Positions 43,360-57,159 of a DNA stretch of 64,000 nt are shown piece by piece. The number at the start of each line of letters is the position of its first letter. The stretch's first letter is position 1. This stretch comes from the human T2T-CHM13v2.0 reference genome, Homo sapiens. The stretch lies in NCBI RefSeq assembly GCF_009914755.1, contig NC_060930.1. One strand, written 5' to 3'. Below the pieces are notes generated by a model. It made no database searches and was not told where the DNA came from. It worked only from the letters and a program-made list of their open reading frames with translations. The translations under genes were made by a program, and so were the position numbers.

Positions 43360-43870
43360 ATAATTGTTTTTTGGTGAACTGATTTCAGCAAATTAATTTC
43401 CATGGAATTGACCTTGAGCACTGCCCCAACTTCAGAGGATAAAGTTAGTAAAAGAGAAAAAAAAAGTGCATGGTAGAAGCTCATGTCTCTTTCACTCCAT
43501 TCCAAGATGGTAAATGAATTTTGGGGAAGGAATGAAAGCATGTTAAATCAGACAAGGTAATGACGTTTAAAATGAGGGGGACCAACTCTCAGCAACTAAA
43601 ATGAGTTTGTTAAAATACTGAAAGAGATGAAAAAGTCATGAAATATGTTGAGATGTCATTAAAGGAAACATTATTTAGCTGCGTCATGAGGCTCAGAGGG
43701 CTCAATTAAAAGCAATGATTGAAAAATGATTCAACCTTTTACTGTTGTATCCACAAAAGCTAAGATTTCTCTATCCTCAAAGAAATCATTTGGAAATGGA
43801 AGCAAATGTAATTTGACCAAGTTCAGTAGAGCAAAATGCAATGATTTGTAAGAAAAAAAAATTCATTCTT
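43360..43870 (+). mobile_element. CR1/L3 LINE remnant
   Basis: attgaaaaatgattcaac, ccaagttcagtagagcaaaatgcaa resemble CR1 RT region; very diverged. Confidence 0.35.
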
Positions 43871-46289
43871 TTATTTACTAAATTTTCCTACCTTAATATG
43901 GTATCATATTTCATTGCAATTTGAGAATTGTTTAAATGTACTTATTAATTTAAGAGATTAAGAGATAGGCTGTTTCTACTTGTTATGCCTTAGAGGTGAT
44001 GCAGAAAAATCCCTTTTTCCTTGTGCATTCATTCTCTGCAAGGCCATTTCTCTGGTAGTTCTGCCAGAGTTTTAAAAAGTGAGATAAAAAGTTATTGTTG
44101 GACTGCTTCCCCACTGCAGAGATACACAATGCTCAAGCTAATGTCAGTATTCACTGTTGTCATACATTTCTGCATTACTAAATATGCATAATTGTGGTGA
44201 GAGGATCATCTATGTATTTAGGTCTGTTTTTAATTGTGTTATAAAATTCAAGTGGGTGGGCATAGTGTCATTGTGAATTATCATCTAATATCTAACACAC
44301 TAGCAAATGTATGTACTTACTTAGCTTTATGTTATCCAACTGCTGCCCCAGAATTTAAAATTTTTAAATGTTATGCTTTGTCCTCATTTCCTTAATACAA
44401 GTAATTTAGCCAAGAGAAAAGTTTTATAATTTGACTTTCTTTTGGAAACGTACCCAAGGCCAGGGGATCAGTTTTGGCTTAAAGGGTGTCTTTGTAGCTT
44501 TCCTGGGGAGTTTTTGTTGGTGTGTAGGAGAGGCAATGATTTTTGGGAGGAAACCTATAACTTTATCTTTGGTTTATTCTCTTCTCTTAATTGATCTTTT
44601 GCCACGCTTTCTCCATTAAAGGATTCTCCATCCTTGACATTGACTGCAAAGGATTGGAGAAAATGCATCCCTCTATTTGCCAGTTACAATCTTGATCCCT
44701 TTAGTAAATACTCACATACATATATTTCAAAGAAGTTTTAAGCATCTGTTTATTTTAGGTTTCCAGTAGTAAAATTAAAATGGCACTCTGTGAAGGATCT
44801 CAGATATGAAAGCCTACTATTGAATAATTACTCTAACCCTCAATCTGTAAATGATTGTACAGCTTCACTGGCTACACTATCATGATGTCTATACACAGAT
44901 GATTTCTAGGCCAGGGGAGTGTCTTCCACTTGAATAATTCTTTCTTAGGATTGCTTCTGTCTGCCTACATTACCTCTTATCCCTTGCCTTTGACTTTTTA
45001 ACTTCCTCTCACATCACAAAATCTCCTGCTTTTTAGGCCCACTATTCTTCCAGTTAAAAGTTAACACTATCCAGCCTCTATTTGGAGCCCTTACAGTTTA
45101 CAACTTGCAGCATCCCAACTTGTGTTGTTAGTCAGAGATATTTTATCTTCCTATGACCTATATCTCTGGGAGAAGGAGTTCATGACAAACTTTGAATGCC
45201 AGGAAAGGAGGCAAAGAGAAAAGACAGTGTTTGTAATCCTGCACTATGCATTGCATTTTATGTTATTTGAAAAAAAATTTTTGGTTACCCTGAATGTCTA
45301 GATAGATCAAATATATCTTACACAGATCTGATTAGTCTCTACCGGCTTTTCAAATAAGACTCATAATCCCCTTGCTATTATAAAATTGGCCTTATTATGT
45401 TCAAAGAGTACTGAAGCCTGTCCCAACCTTGAGCTCTCTTTCAGAGTATTTTCTGTTAACTTGGTTTAAGAATTTGCTGTGTCCAAATCCTAGTTCCCAA
45501 ATTTCTGCCCTGCCTACCCGGGAGAGAGCAGGTATGAATATCCTTCTTAAACAGTTAGCTGTATGTGTTATATTTAAAATTCTTCATGTGATTTTAAGAC
45601 TTTTTCAAGTTTCTTATATTACTGCAGCCAACAGTGGAGGTCATGTTGAAAGAAATGACAGAGGAGGATGTTTTGATTCTTTTCCATTTCTGTTAGCAGC
45701 AGCTACAGCACTGGAACATGAGATAGAAGCTCATTGAACCATGCAATCAACTGAGGAAGGCTTCTTCTTCTATAATTATCTTTCTTATTGATCAAAATTA
45801 CCTGCTCTCTCTATAAAAGTCCTAGCATATGAGGAATGGAAAGCCATTCTTTTTTAGTGACAGCATGTTTTATTGTGCTCTTATTTTGAAATATCATCCT
45901 TCCTAAAAATAGGTAAAGTATTGAAATTTTTCTGGTTGAGATGATTTTGTAAGCACAAGTGCTTAATAGTCTGCCTTCTAGTTTCCTATGAAAATTTCTA
46001 GCAAAATTTGAATAAACAGAAAATATATAAAAATTATAAGAAATACTCAAAATCTTAAAGGCATTTGTCTCTCTAGGGTGAGATTATTGTGAGTTTCACC
46101 TTCCTTTTATTTTATTTTGAAAATTTTCTACTTTCATAAAAATAAGACAAGTCCTCTTAATGCTAAGACATGGATTTAAAAATCATTAGGAAGTGGAGAA
46201 AATAATTGCAACCAATTAGATAGAACCAATATACTCATATTGTTAATACATAAAAATACTAGAACAAATCATCAAAAAGTATGGATACC

Positions 46290-46960
46290 TTATTCAAAAC
46301 TGTATAAAAAATAGGACTTCATAGGGAAATAACAACTATAAATGGGTATATTTTCAACCTCAGGTACAATACAATGCTAATTAAAATAAAGTGATGTATT
46401 ATTTATTATTTTTCAAAAATTATTTTCAAAATTTTAAAAATTTGTACCCAGTATTGTGGGGATGCGACGAATTGTCATACTTGAACTGTAGTATAAATTG
46501 ATCATAGTTTTTGGGAGGAAAACTAGGCAAACTATCAAAAGACTTAAAAGTGATCATAAACATTGCCCAATAGATAAAACCCTACGATTTTATTCTAAAA
46601 AGGTAATTAGAAAAACATACAAGAATAAACCTAGACACATTTGCATTAACTACAAAAATGTACCAACCTTCTTGGTTTTTAAGACATGAGTATTAAATAA
46701 AATATAATAATGATTTGATAGATTTATTTAATCAATAAAAATATTGTTTTAAGACACGTGGTGTGGAAAATATTCGCAACATGATAAAAAGTGAAAAAAA
46801 TAAAAAAGTAAACATTACTATGTATCGTATGATTGAATTTTAGGGGTGTTTATTCAAAGAGACAGAAAAAGAAAAGACTGAAACATTACATACAGTTTTC
46901 TATGAGTGATGATATGGATTTACGGATAATTTTGTATATACTATAGAGATAATACAAAGA
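46290..46960 (+). mobile_element. L1ME 3' fragment
   Basis: cccagtattgtgggga, tagtataaattgatc, attctaaaaaggtaatt. Confidence 0.5.
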
Positions 46961-47519
46961 GTTGCATTGTGAAGTCAGAGGAACATAAAATCAGAAGTTT
47001 TACCCAATGTCAAACTCAGGCGGTTGTGAAGCACAGACCAAGCATGAAAAGTCCAGGATTGTCAACACAGATCCCTTTTATCTTGCTGTTCTAGTAGGTG
47101 CTCTAATGTAGATTTAATATATGAGGCATTTAAAGGCTATATATGGTCATCACTTACACAAAAGGGAACTGGTTTAATCACGAAAACATCTCCATTTTGT
47201 TCTCCAATATTTACAAAGCTTATGTGACATTTTCCAGGGAGCCATACTTCATAAGTCAATAGAATCCAGGATTTTTCCTATAATTAATATTACACAGACC
47301 TGGCACATCCTGCCGAAACCATTCCATAAATGTGGACAATCTCCTAGTCACTATGATATTAGTGTGTTTGCCAAAAGATTTGCAGTTGGCTTGCTTACAA
47401 GGAGATTCTTCTCGTTTTCTTTTATTTGTTTTATGAGACATTCACCAGTAAAGGACAGGAATAGATTGCATGCCTGCTACAAACTCTTTCTACAATACAA
47501 ATAATTATTTAAAATTTTT

Positions 47520-47745
47520 TCCAGTGATAGGCACTGTAATAAGTATTTCATATATAGACTCTCATTTACCGCTCATAATAATCCTGTGGTGGAGGTGCTA
47601 GTATTTATCTCTATTGGAGATGAAGAAGCTGATACTTGTAATGATTCATTATTTCTCACATGATCACAAAGCTAAAATGTTTTGGAGCTGGAAGTCAAAC
47701 ACAGTCTGATCCCAAATTGACATTCTTGGCCATTGTGGTCACTGT
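47520..47745 (-). mobile_element. MIR
   Basis: ctcatttaccgctcataataatcctgtg ... gatgaagaagctga ... atgatcacaaagc. Confidence 0.7.
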
Positions 47746-48582
47746 TCAGTTTATTTATTTGAAAAGATTCCATGGCATATTTCTATTTCTGTGAAGATGA
47801 AGTACATGTATGTTTCCTATTCTTCTAGCCAAACACAACTAAAAACTATGGACGTTATATATAAAAGAAATGTTAAGAATCCTCTGAAATTTGGAGAGAA
47901 GGGTGATCAGCTAGGGATCTTTGGATTCAAAGAACGACATGATGGTGAATTTTCTCAGTTTTATGTTTGCCCCATATATCCAAGACTGGGTGCTGGAAAA
48001 GCCAGCAACCTACATAGGTCAATGGATACAGACAAAAAAAGCCTGAACAATATTTTGCTCTCTAGCTGAGGACCAAAACTTGTAAAAACAGCCACTCTAT
48101 TCCAGCCAAACATCACAGGAAAAACTGTAGCCTCATTATCGAACACATTAGCAAAGGCTAAGTGGATAGCCACATTTCCACCAGCATCAGATTAAAATAA
48201 GGTTGTCCAACGACAATATTGGGGTGGGGTCAGAGAAGCCTGAATAGAGGGCCTGGATTTATCCTCACAAGGATGAAAACCCTCCTCACTTTGGTGTCAG
48301 TGGAGACCACATGGAGTTCTTGAATTTCCATCTCTAAAAGGTAGCAACAACTGCCTCTTTCCCTAATGCCCCACAACACAAACACTGTTGGGATGAGGTC
48401 AGAGGTGGTCGAATAGAGAATCAGGTATCTCTTCACTATTCCACGATAATAAGACTGCCACTCACTCCACTTCCTCAGAGTCAGTTTAGGCCTTATGAGA
48501 AGGAGCAACAAGACACCCTCAGCTATCCCAACCAGGATGGCATTGTGGAAGCCCAGTAGGAAGTTAAAAGACTCCCCACCAG

Positions 48583-48628
48583 TCTCTCTCTCTCTCTGTC
48601 TCTCTCTCTCTCTGTCTCTCTCTCTCTC
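48583..48628. repeat. (CT)n microsatellite
   Basis: Read directly from sequence. Confidence 0.9.
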
Positions 48629-50328
48629 CTGGTAGCAATTTAAAGCCCGCAACTTGGGTGTAAACAGAGGTCAAGTGTTGAATCTGGACTTATAACTTCA
48701 CGTGGCAATAACAAGGGGCAATGACAATCCTCTGCCATAATGGTATCAGAAAAGCCAGTTAAAATAGGTTTTAAACTGACCAAGAGTTTCACAATATGCT
48801 ACCAATAATGTTGAGGTTACCACTGAAAATCCTTTATTATACTAAGAATGAGGAAAACCTAAATCTGAATGAGAAAAAAAAAATCAACTGAAGCTAACAC
48901 TGAGATGACAAAGACATTAGAATTACCTGAAAAGTATTTTAAAGAAGCTATCATAAAAATGCTTTAGTGAGCAACTAACACATTTTAAAAAACTGAAAAA
49001 ATAGAAGGTCACAGCAAATATATAAAAGATAGAAAGTCAAATTAAATGGGAAATTTTGCAACTGAAAAATGCAATAAATTAAATTTATAAAGTCAATGGA
49101 TGGGCTCAAGAGCAGAAAGGAGGGAACAAAGGAGAGAATCAGTAAACTTGAAAACAAAATAATACAAATTATCCAATTCGAACAACACAGAAAGTAGAGT
49201 GGAACAAAAAACAAAGTCTCAGGGACCTATGGGTATATAGCAAATATTTAACATTTGTGTCAGTGGAATACTAAAATGAAAGGAAAGAAAAAGGAGGTTA
49301 AGGCTGAAAAATCATTCAAATAATTAATGGTTTTAAAGTTCCCAAATTTAGCAAAAGAAATAAACCCAGAGATTCAAGAGACTAAGTGAACCTCAAATAA
49401 TACAAATGCAAGAATTTCACACCCATGCACATCACAGACAAACTTGTGAAAATAACAAAGAAAAATCTTAAGAGCAGCCAAAGAGTCACAATCTTACCTA
49501 TAATAAAAAAATAATTTCAATAGCATCAGATTTCCTATCAGGACTCCTGGAGGCCAGAATGAAGTGGCACAACATTTTGCAAGTGCTGAAAGTAAACATC
49601 TAACCCAGAATCTTATGTCTAGTAAAATTATATTTAGGAATAAAGGGGATATCAAGACATTCTCAGATGAGAAAAGCTAGATAATTTGTAATCAATCAGG
49701 CTTACTATAAAGAAATGATTAAATGAAGTTTTAAAAATGAAAATAACATTATAATAGAAGACATTTTGAAACATTAAGAAAGAAAAGCAACCAATGGAAG
49801 GAGAAAAAATAAGAACAAATACATTATCCCTTTTTTCTGAGTCTTATGTTTGGCAGTTGAAACAAAATCTATAACACGGTATGATGTGGTTCTAAATGTA
49901 TGTAGAAAAATATTTAAGCCAATTACATTATAAAGGGCGGAGGGAAAAGAGACGCAAATGGAGATTTATAAAAGGTTCAAGGGTTATAAAAGGTTTTCAC
50001 AATTCATTTGAACCGACAAAATGATAAAACCAGTCAACAAGAATGTTATGTAATACCCAAAAAAGACAAAAATGCCATAAAAAGAAATAGCTTAAGTGTA
50101 CTATAAATAAGTCAAAATGCAATTCTAAAAAAAAGTTCAAGGGATCAGTGGGGAGGCAGGGAAAAACAACAACAACAGAGAAATAAAAACCAGTGAGAAC
50201 AAACAGAAAACATCCAAAAGAAAAAAAAAATGATGGGGTTAAGCCATAACATATCAAGAAGTATATTACATGTGAATAGTCTAAATAACACCAATTAAAA
50301 TATGAAGTTAATTACAAAATATGATCTA

Positions 50329-50721
<393 letters not shown>

Positions 50722-51004
50722 TTAAACAAAAAGAAAGAGACTATATCAATGTCAGATTAACTAGACTTCAGAACAAAGAAAATAACAAAAGACAGAGAAG
50801 GATGTTATATAATGATAAAAGAGTCGATCCTCCCATAGAAATTCAAAATGTTAATGCACCAATTAACAGAGCTTCAAAATATGTGAAGAAAAACTGAATG
50901 AACTGAAGGAAAAAGTAGAGGAAACCAACAATTACATTTCAAGACTTCAATACCTTACTTTGTAATTGATAGAACTAGTAGACAGTAAATCTTACTAATA
51001 TACT

Positions 51005-51210
51005 TATAGCAGATGTAGATATATTTATTTGTCTTATATATCTCTCATATATATGTATTTTTCATATAATATATCATATGTATCATATATGACATATATC
51101 TCATAAAAATATAATATATAATATGTCATATATCATGTATATTTATGATACCTATGAGATATGTGTGACATATTATATAAGGTATATATATAGAAGATAT
51201 AGATATAAGA
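51005..51210. repeat. TA-rich low-complexity tract
   Basis: Read directly from sequence. Confidence 0.8.
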
Positions 51211-53071
51211 CAACTCAACAACACTATCAACCAACAGGATCTAATTGATATTTATAGAACACTTCACCCAACAACAGCAGAATAGAGCCTTTCTAGTGTC
51301 CACACAATGTGTCAGAAAAACCACCACATTCTGGTGTATAAAAAAAGGCTCAAAAAATTTAAAATAATTGAAATCATTTAGAATTGTATTTTTTTCATTT
51401 ATTTGCGACTCAAATAAAAATAAACTAGATATCAATAGCAACAACAAAAAAAAATACAGAAAAATATGTAAAAACTGGAAACTAAACAATATACTTACAA
51501 ATAATCCACATGTCAAAGAAGTCCCAAGGGAAATCAATTTTAAAATACATTGAAAATGAAATTATTAATGCAATATACCAAATTTGTGTGGCAAAGTTAT
51601 GGCAGTGCTGAGAGGAAAATGTATAGAATTAAATGCACAGATTAGAAAAAAGAAAATAAACTTAAATCAAGGATCTAAGACTCCATATTAAAAACTTAGA
51701 AAAAAAAAGATCAAAATAAAGGCAAAGAAAGAAGAAAGGTAATAAAAATAAAAGCAGAAATCAATAAAATTGAAAACAGATAAATAATAGAGAAAATCAA
51801 TAAAACAAGAAGTTGGTTATTTGAAAGTAAAGTAAGGTTGACAATTTCTAGAAAGACTGACAAATAAGAGATAAGACACAAATTGCCAATATTAGAAATG
51901 AAACGGGATATCTAGAGCCTGCAGACATCAATATGATAAGAAATGATACTACCAAAAAAAAAACTCTATACCTAAAATTAGAACACTTAGATAAGCATCA
52001 ATTAGTTCCTTAAAAACACAAATAGCTACAATTCTCCCAATATAGCAATTTGAATAGTTCTAAAACTATTAAAGACCCACAAATGTTACATTTATAATTT
52101 AAAACCACTCCCAAAGGAAATATAGCCAAGCTATTTCATTGGAAAATTCAACCAACAGCTTAAAGAAGAATTTCTGTACAATTTCTTTCAGAAAAAAGAA
52201 AAGGAGAGAGCATTTTCCAATTCATTTTATGAAGCTATTAATGCACTGATTCCAAAGCAAAGTCAGTACGGAAGAAGAAAATTGCAGACCGATGTCCTTC
52301 ATAAATATAGACTCAAAACTAACAAAAATAGAAGAAATAGAATTCAGCAATAAATAAAAAGAATTATACACCAAGATCAAGTAGATCTTATTTTAGGGAT
52401 GCAAAAATGCTTCAATATTTGAAAATCAATGAATATAAGCCACCATATTAATAGGCTAAATATTTTTTTGAAAATCACATTATTGTATCAATTCATGCAG
52501 AAACAATACATTTCACTTAATGCAATACTTTTTTAGAAACAAAATAGAAACAAAACTCTCAGAAAAATAAGAATAGAGAAAACCTCTTCAACTTGATAAA
52601 AATATGTAAAAAATATTACAGCTAACATTATATTTAATGGTGAAAGAATGTATGCTTTACTTCTAAGATGAGAAGCCAGGAAAAGTATCTGTTCTCACTA
52701 CCTTTTTCAACATAGTACTGGAAATTCAAGCATGGGAAATAAGGCAATAAAATAAAATAAAATGCATATATCAATAGATTTAAAATGAAGAAAAAATGAT
52801 CTCTACTTGCAGATGACATGATTGTTTAGGTAGAAAATCCCAAGAAATCTTTAAAATATTTCCGAGAGCTAATAACTAGGTTCAGCAAGACTTCAGGAAC
52901 ACAAGGTAAAAATACAAAAATTAATAGTATTTCTATATTCTAGCAATGAACATGTGGACAGTGAATTTAAAAATAAAAATAGCATTTACAATCTTAAAAA
53001 TAAAATTAACTCATAAAAATAAATTGAGATTGATGTATTTTTGAAGAGAGAGATACTTGACATTAGATTCA

Positions 53072-54376
53072 ATTTTTTTTTAACTTTTGTTTTAGGTTTG
53101 GGGGTACAACTGAAGTGTGCTACATAGGTAAACATGTGTCACGAGGGGGTTGTTGTACATCCTATTTTATCACCCAGGTATAAAGCCCAGTACCAAATAG
53201 TTATCTTTTCTGCTCCTTTCCCCCCTTCCACCCTCCACCCTCAAGTAGAACCCAGTGTCCATTGTTTCCTTCTTTGTGTTCATAAGTTCTTATTATTTAG
53301 CTCCCACTCGTAAGTGAGAATGTGTGGTGTTTGGTTTTCTGTTCTTGCATTAGTTTGCTGAGCATAATAGCCTCCAGCTCCATCCATGTTCCCACAAAAG
53401 ACATGATCTGGTTCTTTTTTTATGGCTGCACAGTATTCTATGGTATATATGTATCTTTTCTTTATCTCATCTGTCATCGATGGACACTTAGGTTGACACC
53501 ACGTCTTTGCTATTGTGAAAAGTGCTGCAATGAACATTTGCATACATGTATCTTTATGGTAGAATGATTTATATTCCTCTGGGTATATACCCAATAAAGG
53601 GATTGTTGGATAGAATGGTAGTTCCGTTTTCAGCTCTTTGAGGAATCATCATACTGCTTTTCAATGGTTGAACTAATTTACACTCCCACCAACAGTGTGT
53701 GAGTGTTCCCTTTTCTCTGCAATCTTGTGAGCATCTGTTATTTTTTGACGTTTTAATAGCCATTCTGATTGGTGTGGGATGATATCTCATTATGGTTTTG
53801 ATTTGCATTTCTGTAATGATCAGTGATATTGAGCTTTTTTCATATGCTTATTGGCTGAATGTATGTTTTCTTTTGAAAAATGTCTGTTCATGTTCTTTGC
53901 CCATCTTTCAATGGGGTTGTTAGTTTTTCTTTTGTAAATTTTTCTAAGTTCCTTATAGATGTTGGATATTAGATCTTTGTCAGATGCATAGTTTGCAAAA
54001 ATTTTCTCCCATTCTGTAGGTTGTCTGTTCACTCTGATGATAGTTTCTTTTACTGTGCAGAATCTCTTGGACACAGCTCAGGTATTGTTAAGAAGGAAAT
54101 TCATAGCACTAAATGCCCACATCAAAAAATTAGAAACAGCTCAAATTAAACCTAACTTCAAAATGGAAAGAATTAGAGAAACAAGAACAAATCAACTCCA
54201 AGGCTAGCAGAAGACAATAAATAACACAAATCAGATCTGAACTGGAGGAAATCAAGACCCACAAAAAATTCAAAAGAGCAATGGATTCAGGAGCTGGTTT
54301 TTAGAAAAAATTAATAAAATAGACTACTAGCTAGATTAATAAAGAAGAAAAGAGATAAGTCCCAAAGAAACACAAC
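53072..54376 (-). mobile_element. L1PA15/16-like element with 5' inversion (inverted + segment ~54069-54376)
   Basis: ORF2p C-terminal translations at 53280-54074 on -, switch to sense ORF2 after cagaatctct; degenerate TSD ttagattcaatttt / ttagatgaatttt. Confidence 0.85.
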
Positions 54377-54399
54377 TTCTTAGATGAATTTTATTGGTT

Positions 54400-55860
54400 C
54401 ATTCGGCTTTTCTATTACTTCTGGAGTCCATTTCAGAAATTTGCATTTTCTAATACATTTTTCACTTTATATAATTTTAAAATGTGTTTACACAAATATT
54501 TTTCAATTTATGATTTTAAAAATTTCTATCCTGTTTTCATCTGTTCCCTTTTGTCAAGTTTTTATTTGTGTAATTTCTCTTATTTTCTTAGTCTTCATTT
54601 TTTTATATTGCTAGTTTTATTTTAGGAATATTTATGTCATAGGCTTATGCTTTTTTTTAAGTTTTATATTGCTAAATGCTTGATGCAAAGGAAATGTGCC
54701 AAAGCCAAAATTTACAAATTCAAATAAACTAGAAATAATTATTTCTTGATATTTAACATAATTGTTTTTCTACCAAAATACAAACATTTTTTCTTTACCC
54801 AAATTCAAACAGACTGTGTAATATATTATTTACTTTTTAAATTAATGTTTTCAAATTTTCAACATTTCTTATTTTGTATAGTGTCTACTCATATTTAATT
54901 TTTCTGGTATTTTCTTCAGTAGTATCTCTCTAAAGAATTATTTGTTTACTCATTATGTTTATTTTACAGTAAATCTTTGAGTAGACTTATAATTGATGTT
55001 TTAAAATTTTTATCTGGTATTTTCACATCTCTGCCATTTGGGATCTATTCTATTAACTAATTATTTTGTAACTAATGATCATACTTTACTGTTTCTTTGA
55101 ATGTCTAGTAATTTTTTATTAGATATGGGACATTGTTAATATTACATTGATGAGTATCTTGGTTCTGTTTTCTCTGTGTAGACAGTGTTGAAATTCATTT
55201 TAAGAAGGTGTTAAACTACTTGTAGATTATCTTCATCGCATCAAGCCTCATTTGTGAGATTTAATAGAGCAGGCCCAGGGTAGCCTTTGCCTTTGAGTAG
55301 GTTAGCCCTACTTACCAGAGTGTGAACCTCTGGTATCATTAGGTGTTACAAGCATTAAACTACATGTTTCCACCTTGGTCCACTAGAAATTAAATATCCA
55401 CCAGCCCTGTATGAGCTGTAGGGCCCATTTAGCTCACAGGTCCCCAGTCACACCTTGCCTGTCATTATAAACTTTCATTCAATATATATGTGGCACTGTA
55501 ACCCTTAGGCAGATTTCTAGAGCTTTTTCTCAGCATATATCCCTCCCTTCTGGTGTTGCGCTACATACATCATCTTAGCCTTCAAACACTTTATCTTTGT
55601 TTTCTCAAATTAGTGAGGCTAGCATTCTCTGCTTAGATTGCCTCTCTCTATGTTGAGGCCTGAAAAGTGCTTCAAAGGATAAAATCAGTCTTATTTTAGG
55701 ATTTACATTGTTTTACTTCTCTCAGGTAGGATACTCCAGTGTTGCATGCTGTCCAAAGCCTGAAAAAAATATTTTTATATATTTGGCTTAGTATTCTAGT
55801 TGTTTATGGAAGAAGAATCTAATACCAAATCTAATATTATGGCCATATGCAGAATTTCAG
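54400..55860 (-). mobile_element. Ancient L1ME/HAL1-like fragment
   Basis: T-rich diverged motifs (tttctttgaatgtctagtaattttttatt, gtattctagttgtttatgg). Confidence 0.45.
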
Positions 55861-57159
55861 AGGTTATTATTTTAATAAAATAAGATTAAATACTAATAAA
55901 ATTATTAGCAATGTGCTTGCTTCTTATCTCATTAGTGTAAAATTATTAATCAGTGTTTTTATGGCAAGAAAAATTGACTCATTTTTTTCAGTATAAAGAT
56001 CTTGAAAAGTGAGAAGAGACTTTATGAAGCCTAAATGGAGAGCCCTGAAATTTTACATATAATTTTATTTTTATTCCTAATATGGATATATGCAGATTTA
56101 GAGCTACGTATTCTGATATATCAGTCTGAGTTCCTTCAGGAGGTAGAATCCCCATAGTAGATTAAACAGGGAAAAGTTAATATAAATAATTATTTAACTA
56201 TAATAAAAAATTAACTATATAAGAAAACTCAATATGGTACCCTAGGGATAAGGGAGAGTACCCTAGGAAGTACAAACTTCGAAGATATTCAGAGCTTGCT
56301 GGAGAAGGTGTAATTCCAAGCACTAGCTAACAGTTTTGCCGGTTTGGCCAGGCTGGAGTTGGTTTCCAGTCTTTGGGTGAGCAGAAAGTAAGCGCAGCTA
56401 GGGAGGAGAGGGGTTGGAGCCTTTCCAGAACACAGGCAAGATGTGCAGGCTCTAAGAGGGAGCAAAGTCTCACTGGACACCTCCTGGAGGGAAGAAAGGT
56501 CGACTGTGAGTGGGATTGCCCTAGGAATATGGGTGCCGTCATGGGCGAGATGTCCTTGAGTGTGTAGTGGGGAGTAGGTTTGTTAATGGTTTGGATAGGA
56601 AGCCTTTGGGTGATGGTTTTGGAATGAGAGGGCAGCTGTAAGGTTATTGCCAAGTTAAATATCAAGGTTACTGACGAACCATGCACTTCGGGACGTCGCT
56701 CTGGCGCAGAACTCCACTGAATGTTCTTACACCCATAGGGCTAACCCATGAAGCTCTAAACTTCCCTTCTCGCTTCATTTCATTCATTTCATCTTCCATC
56801 ACTGATACCCTTTTTTCCAGTTGATCGCATCGGCTCCTGAGGCTTCTGCATTCTTCACGTAGTTCTTGAGCCTTGGTTTTCAGCTCCATCAGCTCCTTTA
56901 ATCACTTCTCTGTATTGGTTATTCTAGTTATACATTCTTCTAAATTTTTTTCAAAGTTTTCAACTTCTTTGCCTTTGGTTTGAATGTCCTCCCGTAGCTC
57001 AGAGTAATTTGATCATCTGAAGCCTTCCTCTCTCAGCTCATCAAAATCATTCTCCATCCAGCTTTGTTCCGTTGCTGGTGAGGAACTGCGTTCCTTTGGA
57101 GGAGGAAAGGCGCTCTGCGTTTTAGAGTTTCCAGTTTTTCTGTTCTGTTTTTTCCCCGT

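Noticed and set aside
56668-56889. ORF1 coiled-coil/LTR read-through fusion ORF (73 aa)
   Set aside because: Native ORF1 start is ACG and a stop precedes this internal ATG; no support for translation.
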